Source of the DNA: Paraspadella gotoi
Lineage: Eukaryota; Animalia; Chaetognatha
Length of the DNA: 64,000 bases
Assembly (NCBI GenBank): GCA_051294375.1
Contig: CM119268.1
Coordinates: forward strand, 6,205,525-6,269,524
Direction of reading: 5' to 3'
The position numbers were made by a program, and so were the translations under genes. Below, piece after piece: positions 1 through 11,578 of this stretch (its first letter is position 1; each line of letters begins with the position of its first letter). The notes below the pieces were generated by a model. It was not told the DNA's origin. It made no database searches and saw only the letters and a list, made by a program, of their open reading frames with translations.

Positions 1-66
1 GTTGTTGTTTCGATGATTGTGGTTACATTTGTTGTGTCTTTGTTTTTTTAATCGTGTTGATCGTCG

Positions 67-740
67 TTAACTTAATATTTTGAGAAAAAAAAAGCAAGAA
101 GACGAAAACAAGCAACTAAAGCAAGCAACCAAAACAAGCAACAGCCAGGATGACGACGCTCGACGTCCGCAACAACGACAACAACAACAACAACGACGAC
201 GACAACAACTCTGCTTCCACATCCCCCCCTCGTCTTTCAACCGATAATAATAGACGTCGTTGACTCTCGTGATTCCTCGATTCACAGCAGCTTTGTTCAA
301 AGTCATGAAATCGCGTTCGCTCCTCATCAGAGCCTCTTCTTCGTTGGCCTTTTAAGGTTATTTAACGAATAAATTAATAAATAAATGAATAGATAGACGT
401 TTCGCACTGAATCCAACGAATAAGATTTATCTGATTCGTTCGACAAATCTAATTATTAGCTAAATCCGTTGAGGATTAAAAAAATTATTGTATGTAATAA
501 AAATCATTTGTCTGATTAATAACATTTAATCTTATAGATACCTTAACTAAATTAAATTTATTAAATCTGATTCCAAAGTAAAATTATTTCTCATAAACCA
601 TATTAAAGAATACTTACAAATAAATCTTATTAGTTAAAAATCTGATAAATGCGAATATTCTGTTACTTTTGATATGAGACAATCTATTCTAAATTTAAAT
701 GCAATCTATTTCTAATCTAAATCTTCTATTAAATTGTACT

Positions 741-812
<72 letters not shown>

Positions 813-1453
813 GGAACCGGGGCGTTGCTCCTCCACTTATGAATCGCCTCGGCGACGCCGCCGTCGTCCTTGGGATAAGGGCGACCGTAGACGAAAGGCT
901 CTTTGGGTAAGGCGTGGCCGCGACGGCGGGTGTGCCCCACTTCCGGGTGCAGTAGTAGCTCGTTCTGGTAAGTTATAGTGACGGAATTGTACGATGTACG
1001 ATGTCAAGGCAATGGACGCGATGAGAAAGTCTTACTTAAACATGTTATTGACATAACTCACCTTGAACATGGTAATGACATGACTCAGAATTAGCTTGTG
1101 AATGGCTCCTGATATTCATATTGTCTTGCCNNNNNNNNNNNNNNNNNNNNNNNNNTAAGTTCCTTAAACAAGTTCAAAACATGTCTCACCTTAAACATGG
1201 TTTTAACATGTTTTAACTTCACCATACTCGTTACTTGAAAATAAAAATGTCTTTCTTCAAAAGTTTAAATGACATCTGTCTCATAAGTCATGTTAATGAC
1301 ATGACTCACCTAGAACGTGTTAATGACGTGGCTCACCTAGAACGTATTAATGACATGTCTCACCTTGAACATGGATGTTCTCACGGTTCCGATGTGATTC
1401 ACACATTCTCCGTCCAAAATCTTCGTCTTGTGCGGTGGATAAAGTTTCAACAT
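67..1453 (-). CDS. CFAP77: CFAP77-like (DUF4483) ciliary protein; exons ~1453-1364, ~965-818, ~349 onward; 3' end uncertain
   Basis: Spliced translation MLKLYPPHKTKILDGECVNHIGTVRTSMFK|NELLLHPEVGHTRRRGHALPKEPFVYGRPYPKDDGGVAEAIHKW..|ANEEEALMRSERDFMTLNKAAVNRGITRVNDVYYYRLKD resembles CFAP77 motifs (GVVRDSMFQN, YG..DGGVPEAI..W, RNYIAMNRGAV..G). GT-AG introns are in phase 0. The Cys-rich tail to 67 may be intron read-through. Confidence 0.8.
741..810. repeat. (TAA)n microsatellite in a CFAP77 intron
   Basis: Direct perfect trinucleotide run; it explains the poly-Leu in ORF 740..940. Confidence 0.95.
1030..1372. repeat. ~27-bp minisatellite containing copies of the CFAP77 exon-1 splice donor
   Basis: Units ttaatgacatgactcacctagaacgtg / ttaatgacgtggctcacctagaacgta / ttaatgacatgtctcaccttgaacatg, with more degenerate copies on both sides of the N gap. 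Confidence 0.8.
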
Positions 1454-2220
1454 TTTCTCGTCTTTATTTTAGATATCGCCTACGCCACGCATTAACCAAA
1501 CTTAATCGCCGAGTTTATTAATATTATTAAATCATTGTTAACAAATTTTAATTTAAGGACTGATCCCAGATTAAAGTTTCGTTAAGGCGACGTTATTACT
1601 CAGAATCTTTTGATTAAAATTCTTTCGGCGATTATCGCGCGACTTCGACGATAGGCGGCGATTTTATTGAGAAAATTTAGAGAAAAGACAAAAGACGTCG
1701 GGATTTTAAGATTTGAAGAGACACAGTGAAAAGACTTTCGTTTCTCGTTTTATTTTTGCAACGGACACTTAATTTTATCTATAATTAATTAATTTTAGAT
1801 TTTTCTTCGTTATTTTAGTTTTGTCATTTACTTATTGTTGAGCTCTTTTGGGAATAATTTGAAAAATTCATTTGAAGTAGTAAAAATTTTAAAAAGTTGT
1901 AATTAAATTTTTTGCTTAACTTTTTGAGCTCTATCAGAATCAATTAAAAAACTTAAAATGTCCCCAAAAAGTTTTGACATTATATAGCAATATAATAATT
2001 TAAATTATTCATGGTTTGGAACAATTTTGCAAAAAAATATTTTAACAAAATAACTAATATAATAATGGATTTGTTTAATGCTGTTCCCATTAAAATTTGA
2101 ATTTGGTCGGCTACCGCTAACATAACAACTGTTTCTGGCCCTTGTAAGCAATGGAACAAGACCTAGGCTTGGAAACAGGTTTGGGAGTTTATTATGCCCC
2201 AAAGTGGTTAAAGCTTCCTT

Positions 2221-2300
2221 TCTGGGATTGATCCCAGAACCTTATTGTCTTAAGTTAAAGTCTTGAGCAGATGGCTTTACTCAATGAGCCACTGAGTCAC
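2221..2300 (-). mobile_element. tRNA-derived SINE-like head, related to 36161-36223
   Basis: Minus strand GACTCAGTGGCTCATTGAGTAAAGCCATC...GGTTCTGGGATCAATCCC with A-box- and B-box-like motifs. Confidence 0.55.
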
Positions 2301-3134
2301 AAATGAAAGAGTCATGTTGAGTGAACCTCCTGCAATTCCCCACTACAGATATGTCAGATATTCCATTTATCTTTTTGACTGTTTATCAGTTCATCGCTCA
2401 GTCTATCATTCCATACATAAGTCTGTCTGTCTGTCAATCGCTCCATCAGTCTTTCCATTCATCTCTCTAAGAGTCTGTCAGTCAATCACTCCATTTGTCA
2501 TTTTAAAAATTAATCTGCTTGACACTCAATCTGTCAGCCTATCACTCCGTCTGCAGAGTGGTATACTTACTGGCAGCTACTGGTAAAAATACCATACACT
2601 GCACAGGTGATTACTGATGATACATCAATATTTGACATTTCTATCGGCACGGCGCCTCATTGAAAGGGCAATTTCTGAAGGTGGAGATTGGGGACTGACA
2701 TTTCTCTCCAGACAAAGGTGAACAGGCGAAGTTCATCTTTGTGGTAGTGCAAAAATAAGAAATCAGCCACTCTTCATTTCGATATCTACTCTTTCTAAAT
2801 TACTTTAGCAAGATAATAATAAGACCCTGCAAACCAAATTCTCTCACAGATTAGCTTTTTAACTTCCAGTAGAACTGGCTTCCCCAGTTTTTAAATTAGT
2901 TCAAATATAATAAAGATTATTTAAATTCATTCATTCAAAGAAAAAGATCTTGCCCCTGACTTTGGACACTAGCCTATACACTAGTCTATATAATATATAC
3001 TATATAGCCTATATACTAGCCTATACAGTATACACTATACATTGGACAGTGTCCAATGTATAGGCTATGTTAGACATTATCTTTTCAAACTCTCTCCTTC
3101 ACTGCGAATCCATTACCACCCCTCCCATTTTTTC

Positions 3135-3533
3135 TTACAGCAGATTCTGGCTCTATAATCCACTTTGTCGGTCCGTCGGTCCTACCCCAAAATCTTGTCG
3201 ATAAGTCATTTACATTAGCTCAAATATCGAATTATGATAAATTATGCATTGTGTTGTAATCCTTTCTTCTTCGTTGAGTCATGAGATTTAGAAAATTGAA
3301 TTTATTGAATTGAATTAATTATTTTGTAATTAATTAATTCATTAATTTTGTGTTCGAGATTGTTTTGTGATTGAGGGTTGAGACAAAGTGGAAAATAATT
3401 CTGATGCAAATAAAAAATATAATATTAAATAATTTATTATTTAATTTATTAATTAATTTATCAATTATCTGATCAGCTGCATACCGCTAATGATTGTGGG
3501 CAGATCCGGCATTGTTTGCTCGAACTTGCTTGA
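3135..3533 (-). mobile_element. Dispersed non-autonomous repeat (ACAAGTTYGAGCAA...GACCGAC/GACAGAC family; DINE/HINE-like)
   Basis: Shares the head caagtttgagcaa..ggatctgc..gataatt.agcggta with 9213-9360, 18957-19525 and 53345-53390; the copies at 9213 and 18957 also share the accgac tail. Confidence 0.6.
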
Positions 3534-4508
3534 TATTTACCATCATTTTCTAAAGTTTAACATTTTAGTAGCGGAAGTTGACCAAATTCAAATTTTAATG
3601 GGAACAGCATTAAACAAATTCATTATTGGTATTAGTTATTGTGTTAAAATTTTTTTTGCAAAAATGTTCTGAGCCATGAGTAATTCGCTAATTAAAATTA
3701 TTATATTGCTATATAATGTCAAAATTTTTAATATATATTTTAAGTTTTTTAGTTGATTCTGATAGAACTCAAAAAGTTAAACCAAAAATGTAATTACAAC
3801 TTTTTAAAATTTTGATGTTTTATTACTGAAAATTAGCAAATCATTGTTTGATGATGATAATTTTTTAAGCCTTAAATTAAGGTTTTTCCTAATTTTGACC
3901 CACATATCATCAAAATATTGAAAAAATAATTATACTTTGTGTAGAAAACTTTAAATAAGCTAATTGAATCCACTTTAAAAAATATAAAATTCCCAAATAA
4001 ATTTTTGACATTTCCTATCCTAAGGACCTGGTGAGCTAAATCGAAGTCTGAACTATCTACCTGATCAGTAAGATATGTGAAAATATAAATATAAAGTAAA
4101 AGGTATAATGTAGTAGAGTAAGCAAAAGCAAAGAATAATCCCGGGAGCGGTGAGGAGCAAAGTGACTCAGAGAATCCTTTAGCTAGGCTCAATCAGGTAA
4201 AGGAGGAGGATTAAAAAGTTAATTACTAGTGCTTCTAGCCATTTTATAAAATTTTGGTCCATTGAAAGATTTCTCAGAAATGTATGAAGTTTCATTTGGG
4301 AAGGTTCTCAAATCAAACTTCTGACCCACCCCATTGACATAGATTGGGCCTACTTTTATGTCATCTCTCCTTGCCATCTCTCGTCTTTATTTCATCTCAT
4401 TCAAAAGCCGCCACTGTAGCTGGAGGTAACTTTCTGACTTTGGCGAAGTAGTTTTAGCGAGTACTTTATCATTTCTATTCTTCTGGATTTTTTAATGAAG
4501 AAACAACG

Positions 4509-6800
4509 ATGTTTCTTAAATTCGCGGGACTTTTAGTGTCTCCGTGTATCTTAGAAATCGTGGACTCTTTGACCGATTTAAGGTCCATTCTATTTCATCT
4601 CCAATCAGACAATAAAGTGATTAAAATTCTAGGATTTTTGCTTGTGGCCGTGTTCATTAATCATTGCCTCGTTTCCATGATATATGGATTAACAATTATT
4701 ATCAAACATCAAAGTCACTACCTGCTTCTTTGGAAAACACCAGGACAAAAAACCTTAACCATTTTTTGTCATGCAGTTGGATTGGCGGCGATTCCTGTGA
4801 ACCTTGATTATTTCTTTACGAAAGATCATATCGATCCCATCATTCTGCAATTAAAAGAAAATAACATTTTCAGTTTGAGCTTGATTCACGCCTTTCTGGA
4901 ATCTTTCTTGCAATTGTTACTGCAAACGGCATCAAGTTTTTCTCGACTGATTTTCATTACGGACGAATTATGTTTGCCCCACCTAAATTCAATAGAGGGC
5001 TCGCTTAAAAACTCAATTGAAGGATCTGTTTATGTTTACAATAACTCAAGTCTCATACCAACTAACTCAAACTGTTTTTGTGAGCCTGAAAGAACGTATT
5101 CTAGTTTGGATGTGGTATGTAGCTGGAAAATCCGTGATTACACTTCAATTATTTCCATGGCCATGTCATCAACTTCTCTGGTTGGAATTGTTTTAAAACT
5201 TCGAAATTCAAAGATTTCCTACAAAAAGCCATTTCTCAAAATAGCCAGCATTGTTTTGGGAGGTGTTCAAACTACCATTGGCTTTGTATTAGGCCTCTAT
5301 TTCATATATTCCTTCACGACTCAATATTCATTTATTTTTATTTTATTTGCTCCTTTTTTAATTCTGCGCGTGTTCACCTTTTCAGAACTTGCCTTTTTTA
5401 TAAAATCTTTAAAACAAAATCTGTTCTTTTTCAAAAAATCAAGAATTTTTCAAGTAACAGAGAATTCCTCCCAAAGAATGATAGCAATATTTTACAATTT
5501 CTTTCTCTTTTCTCTGTGTCTAAATTTCCAACTTCACAAAACCATTCATGATGCAATAGCAAAAAACTTTCAGTATTGGTTTGTTTCTAATGCAAATATT
5601 CATTGGCGATCCCAAATAGTCTTTATTGTACAACATTATAGAGAAAAGCACAAATTCAGAATTGTAAATGTACATGTTGAATTTAGCACAATACAAAAAG
5701 ATAAAATTGAATTAATGAATACCATAAACAACCACTATCATATGTTATTGACTTCAGGGTCTTTAATAAATAAGGAGATATACCATAATTATTTTTCATT
5801 ATATTTTGGAAATAGCATATTATTATTTTTAAAAACAAAACTCATTTTTTTATTATTATCAATTGAGATGATTTGTTCCCTAATCGATATATTTATATTA
5901 TTAGCTCTCAATAAAAAAATTTTTAAATCTTTTTTAGCTTTTGAGTCCCTTTTATTTTTTGGGGTGTTTATGCTTTTGAACTTTATAAATACAAACAGCC
6001 AAACAAAACCAAAACACCTTTGGCAGCCAAAGGAGAAAAAAAACTATCGATCAAAGAATTTGTTACTGGCCAGTTTTTCTCCTCTGGCAATATTATTTTT
6101 AATTCTACTCATGATAAAAAAATTTTTATTGGAACATGAAAGGCAAATATGTCATTGTTTTTCAATTCTTTTTTCTGTAGTTTCTTCTTTCTCTTTCCCT
6201 TTTATAGTTTACCATTTAATACTTAATGTAAAAGTCAATAATTATACCAAAATTTTTAATGCTTGCTTTCTCAATAGATCTTATCAAGGTCAAGTTGCTG
6301 CATTTACTCTCGCAGATATGCAAGCTAGATTTTACTCTTACTACACATTTAATGAAAACTTCTTTTTCTACTTTTCCCTTTCGTTCTTTCCCTTATTTAA
6401 CTCACTGTTTGCCATAAAAGCAAAAAAACAGCAAAGAAAACCTATAAGGAATTTGATATTTATTTGCATTACATGTCTTTTTTATTTGCTTCTTTATATT
6501 TTTTTAAGAGATAATGAAAAAAATAGAACAGAGGTTGAAACAAATTTTTTGTACTCACATGAATATATGAATGAAATTTTTGACTTGCTGAAAGATTTTT
6601 TTGTATGCTGTAGTACCCAAAGTACTTTCGTTCCATCCTTTGAATTTTGTTTCAAATTAAAAGAGGAGGAAGATTATAGGTTCCTCATTATAAATTCTTA
6701 TTACAAATCATGGATTCATCAAAGTGTTACAGATTTCTCAAATTTGTCATGTTTAATATTTTTTATTTTGCCATCATTGATCTTGCTGCTATATTTATAA
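4509..6800 (+). CDS. Intronless multipass membrane protein with an XK-related (Xkr)-like N-terminal region, 763 aa
   Basis: Open 2.3-kb ORF in AT-rich DNA with many hydrophobic segments. EIVDSLTDL and HAFLESFLQLLLQ resemble XK-family D..TD and EAFLESxPQLxLQ motifs. AATAAA at ~6841. Confidence 0.6.
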   Translation: MFLKFAGLLVSPCILEIVDSLTDLRSILFHLQSDNKVIKILGFLLVAVFINHCLVSMIYGLTIIIKHQSHYLLLWKTPGQKTLTIFCHAVGLAAIPVNLDYFFTKDHIDPIILQLKENNIFSLSLIHAFLESFLQLLLQTASSFSRLIFITDELCLPHLNSIEGSLKNSIEGSVYVYNNSSLIPTNSNCFCEPERTYSSLDVVCSWKIRDYTSIISMAMSSTSLVGIVLKLRNSKISYKKPFLKIASIVLGGVQTTIGFVLGLYFIYSFTTQYSFIFILFAPFLILRVFTFSELAFFIKSLKQNLFFFKKSRIFQVTENSSQRMIAIFYNFFLFSLCLNFQLHKTIHDAIAKNFQYWFVSNANIHWRSQIVFIVQHYREKHKFRIVNVHVEFSTIQKDKIELMNTINNHYHMLLTSGSLINKEIYHNYFSLYFGNSILLFLKTKLIFLLLSIEMICSLIDIFILLALNKKIFKSFLAFESLLFFGVFMLLNFINTNSQTKPKHLWQPKEKKNYRSKNLLLASFSPLAILFLILLMIKKFLLEHERQICHCFSILFSVVSSFSFPFIVYHLILNVKVNNYTKIFNACFLNRSYQGQVAAFTLADMQARFYSYYTFNENFFFYFSLSFFPLFNSLFAIKAKKQQRKPIRNLIFICITCLFYLLLYIFLRDNEKNRTEVETNFLYSHEYMNEIFDLLKDFFVCCSTQSTFVPSFEFCFKLKEEEDYRFLIINSYYKSWIHQSVTDFSNLSCLIFFILPSLILLLYL

Positions 6801-6856
6801 ATTAAAAATTAGAAAATTTATTAGCCTCAAGCTATTTATAAATAAATATTAAAAAA

Positions 6857-8985
6857 TTAATTACTAGTGCTTCGAGCCATTTTATAAAATTTTGGTCCAT
6901 TGAAAGTTTTCTCAGAAATTTATGAAGTTTCATTTGGGAAGGTTCTCAAATCAAACTTCTGACCCACCCCATTGATATAGATTGGGCCTACATTTAGGTC
7001 ATCTCTTTTTGTCATCTCTCGTCTTTATTTCATCTCATTCAAAAGCCACCACTGAAGCTGGAGGTAACTTTCCCTCCTTGATAAACAGGCTTTCTCAACT
7101 TCTGACTTTGGCGAAGTAGTTTTAGCGAGTACTTTATCATTTCTATTATTCTGGATTTTTTAATGAAGAAACAATGATGTCTCTTAAATTTGCAGGACTT
7201 TTAGTGACTCCGTGCATCTTAGAAATCATGGACTCTTTGACCGATTTAAGATCCATTCTATTTCATCTTCAATCAGACAATCAAGTTATTAAAATTCTAG
7301 GATTTTTGCTCATGGCTGTGTTCATTAATCATTGCCTTGTTTCTATGATATATGGATTAACAATTATCATCAAGCATCGAAGTCACTAGCCGGTTCTTTG
7401 GAAAACACTAGGACGAAAAATTTTAACCATTTTTTGTCACGCAATTGGATTGGCGGCGATTCCTGTGAACCTTGATTATTTATTGACAAAGATCATATCG
7501 ATCCTATCATTCTGCAATTAAAAGAAAATTACATTTTCAGTTTGAGTTTGATTCACGCCTTTCTGGAATCATTCTTGCAATTGTTACTGCAAACGGCATC
7601 AAGTTTTTCACAAATGATTTTCATAACGGACGAATTATGTTTGCCCCACCTAAATTCAATAGAGGTCTCGCTTAAAAATTTAAAAATTGAATGATCTGTT
7701 TATGCTTACAATAACTAATACCAACTAACTCGAACTGTTTTTGTGATCGTGGAAGAATCTATTCTAGTGATGTGGTATGTAGCTGGAAAATCCGTTATTA
7801 CACTTCAATTATTTCCATTGCCATGTCATCAACTTCTCTTGCTGGAATTGTTTTTAAACTTTGAAATTCAAAGTCAAAAATTCTGATTTCCTACAAAAAG
7901 CCATTTCTCAAAATAGCCAGCATTGTTTGAGCGAGGTGTTCAAACTACCATTGGCTTTGTATTAGGCCTCTATTTCATATATTCCTTCACGACTCAATAT
8001 TCATTATTTTCATTTTATTTGCTCCTTTTTTAATTCTGCGCGTGTTCACTTTTAGAACTTGCCTTTTTATAAAATCTTTAAAACAAAATCTTGTCTTTTT
8101 CAAAAATCAAGAATTTTTTCAAGTAACAGAGAATTCCTCCCAAAGAATGATAGCCATATTTTTCAACTATTTTCTTTTTTCTCTGTCTAAATTTCCAACT
8201 TCACAAAACCATTCATGATTCATTAGCAGAAAACTTTCAGTATTGGTTTCTTTCTAACGCTAACATTAATTGGCGAACCCAACTTCTCTTGATTGTACAA
8301 CATTACAGGGAAAAGCACGAACGCAGAATTGTAAATGTTGCATGTGTTGCATTTAGCACGGAACAAAAAGATAAAATTGAATTAATAAATACCATAAGCA
8401 ACCACTATCAACTTTTTCTTCTGTAGTTTTTTCTTTCTCTTTCCCTTTTATAGTTTACCATTTAATACTTAATGTAAAAGTCAATAATTATACCAAAATT
8501 TTTAAAGCTTGCTTTCTCAATGGACCTTATCAAGGTCAAGTTGCTGCGTTTACTCTGGCAAATATGCTAGCTAGATTTTATTCTTACTATGCATTTAATG
8601 AAAACTTCTTCTTCTACTTTTCCCTTTTGTTCTTTCCCTTATTTAACTCACTGCATTACATGTCTTTTTTATTTGCTTCTTTATATTTTTTTAAGAGATA
8701 ATGAAAGAAATAAAACAGAGGTCGAAACAAAATTTTTGTACTCACATGAATATATGAATGAAATTGTGTACTTGTTGGAAAAGTTTTTGTATTGCTGTAG
8801 TACCCAAAGTTCTTTAGTGCCATCCTTTGAGTTATGTTCAAAATTAAAAGAGGAGGAAGATTATAGGTTCCTCATAATAAATTCTCATTACAAATTATGG
8901 ATTCAACAAAGTGTTACAGATTTATCAAATTTGTCATGTTTAATATTTTTTATTTTGCCATATTTATGAATTAAAAATTAGAATA
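6857..8985 (+). pseudogene. Decayed tandem duplicate of 4221-6820 (upstream region plus XK-like ORF)
   Basis: Restarts at aattactagtgcttc.agccattttataaa. ATG at 7174, TAG at 7387-7389, several frameshifts, and deletions of ~425 bp (copy-1 ~5741-6165) and ~60 bp (copy-1 ~6407-6464). Confidence 0.92.
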
Positions 8986-9212
8986 TTATGATATTTGAAT
9001 AATGTAGAACATAAATAGTTTTCTAAAAATTCTTAAAGAATATTTTTACTTGTAAATGTAATAGAAAAACAGTTCACATTGCAACAGTTTTTTTATTGCA
9101 GATCGTCACATCACTGAGTACTTTTGAAATATTAGATATATTAGATTTTTGAATTTATTAGGGTTAATATTTTTGTGGAATCAATTTTAAATGCAACTGA
9201 CACAAATGAAAA

Positions 9213-9360
9213 AACAAGTTTGAGCAATCAAAGTTGGATCTGCTTACGATAATTTAGCGGTAAGCAGGTAACCAGATGGGATGTCAGATGAATGTGACAA
9301 GAAAATTAATAAATAATTAATGCTAAGGGGGGACCGACCGACGGACAGACAGACCTCTAA
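9213..9360 (+). mobile_element. Copy of the ACAAGTTTGAGCAA repeat family followed by a degenerate (TAACCC)-like tract
   Basis: aacaagtttgagcaatcaaagttggatctgc...ggaccgaccgacggacagacagac. Confidence 0.55.
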
Positions 9361-11456
9361 CCCTAATTTACCTTTAACCCTAACATACTCCTAACCATAA
9401 TTTACTCCTAACTTACCCCTCACCCTAATTTACTCCCCTTAATTTATTGTTAACCTTAAATTACCTTTCTTCATAATTTAATTTTCATTTAATTTTTCTT
9501 AACTTTAATTTATCAAAAGTTACGTAACATATTAACCAATAATAAGAAATATTTAAAAATTATGATATTTGATTTCCTTTAATTTTTTCCTTCCTATGTG
9601 CTATTTCTTTAGGCGTTGTAATTCGTCTATATTTGACGTCTCGGCCAATGAGTTTTGAGACGGAATCTTTTGTCTATATCACCAATAATGTTATGTTTAT
9701 TAATGTTTATAAACACGCGAGTCAACAAAACCTCTGATTCGTGAACCGCGGCTGGCTCGACGAAGTGCCATGGCTCTCGGATTGGTTGTTGCGGTAAAGT
9801 AAGATTGCGCGTACAGGGCCGCATAAAGAATACCAGAGCAAACAAAGACGTTTATTTTCTCTCATTTAATGTTAAAAACACGATTGCTCCACGATTGCTC
9901 TACCCAGAAACAAAAGACAACGCAGAAATTGATCTCTCAGTCAGTTTAAAAGAACTAATTTAGTAGTAATTAAGACTGGCGACACGCGTGAATTAATGCC
10001 CGAAAAACTAGATAACAGGATTGTTAAATTAAACAAGCAAGCTTGGTAAAATTTTTAAAAAATTAGATACCCTGTTTTAGACAAGTAAAGAATCTATCTG
10101 ACTGTGTAACCATATGTATATATGTAACCATTAGTATATATTTATTTAGTCTAGTCTAGGAGAATGAGTAAATTCAAGTTATGAAAGAGAAAACGCCGTA
10201 AAACCAGTCCACTTTGGGTCCATCATACCATATCAAGATGACCGAATTTTTCGAGTGCTCCACCGGCACGGGGTTCCCAAGATGCCCCGCTTTTTAAATC
10301 TAACCATTTTTATAATATTTAATTTGGTATTCTGGCGGGAATTAAGAGGTGACCAAAAAAAAAGCGTGAAAACCCGGAATCCTGATCCCCCCTCGCCCGA
10401 AACGATTGTTTTTTCTAGGGAAATATTTTCGTTATTTGATTTCTTTCATTTTTCTCTCTCATTTCCTTTTTTTTATTTTTTGCCTTTTTTTTATAAGTAT
10501 GTATAGATATTATATATATATATATTATAATTTTGTAACAAAAAAGGTTTTTTTTATTATTTCTATCTTTTATTTAGTTTTTTTAGTCATTGTTTCCATG
10601 ACTATAAATTAATGTTATAATTTTTTTTTTAACAACCAACTACTGAAAAGATACGAGATCGCCCGAGTTGTAAGCACTCAAAGAGTAAGGGGGACTGACA
10701 GACTGTTTCAATGAAAGTAATCGAAAACGAAAACAAAATTAAGAATTAAAAATGATTTAAAAAGAAAAAAAAAGAAAGAAATGAAAAAAAAACCACAGAA
10801 ACAAAAAAGATCAGAAGGCAAAACAAGATCAAATGTCTTAATAATATTAATCACTACGATGAAAGGTCGATTGAAAGACCAAACTTCGATTATCTCAATT
10901 AGATTGATCACTAGGAAGAAAGGTTGAATGATAAAGTTGATAAGAACAAACATCGAATTTAGTTAATAATAAGATCAATCATTATTATGAGAAGTTAACT
11001 GATAAAATTGATAAAAATTATTCTCTATGATAAAAGGTTCTGCTATAAAGTTGAAAAGAGGATGACCTACAATTAAAAAAAAATTACAAAAAGTATTTAG
11101 TTTTTAGTTAATAGAAAATTTTAAAGTTTTAATTCCTTATATTCCATATGATTTTTGCATTAACATTATTATTATTAATTAAGAATAAATATTGTTGAAA
11201 ATAAATTTTGATGGTAAACTGAAAGTGTAATGCATTGATGCTTTGTTCGTAGTGATCGATTCACGAGTAAAACCGCCCATCGTCCTGTGACTCGAGCCGG
11301 GATTTTGTGCCAAAGTTTAATTCGTTTTTTTTTAATTCGAATATATTTGGTTCTTCGCTCCTATTTTTTTAATTTAAATTTAAATTCATTTACTGAAAGA
11401 GTAAAAACAAAATTCCCAAAACTTGGAAAAGAAAAAGACGATGATTTTTTTCACAT

Positions 11457-11505
<49 letters not shown>

Positions 11506-11578
11506 ACATTTTCTCTTACTTTCAGTCGCATCTTGCCATTCTCACCGCCTTTGCCATTCGCCATTCGCCGAATTCAAG

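Larger units (their letters stand above)
1882..3813. repeat. Long imperfect inverted repeat pair (~240-bp arms at ~1882-2118 and ~3569-3813)
   Basis: tgctgttcccattaaaatttgaatttggtc is the reverse complement of gaccaaattcaaattttaatgggaacagca; similarity continues to aaaagttgtaatta/taattacaactttt. Confidence 0.85.

Noticed and set aside
1235-1495. Plus-strand ORF with repeated VNDMTHLER peptides
   Set aside because: Translation of the 27-bp minisatellite, antisense to CFAP77 exon 1.
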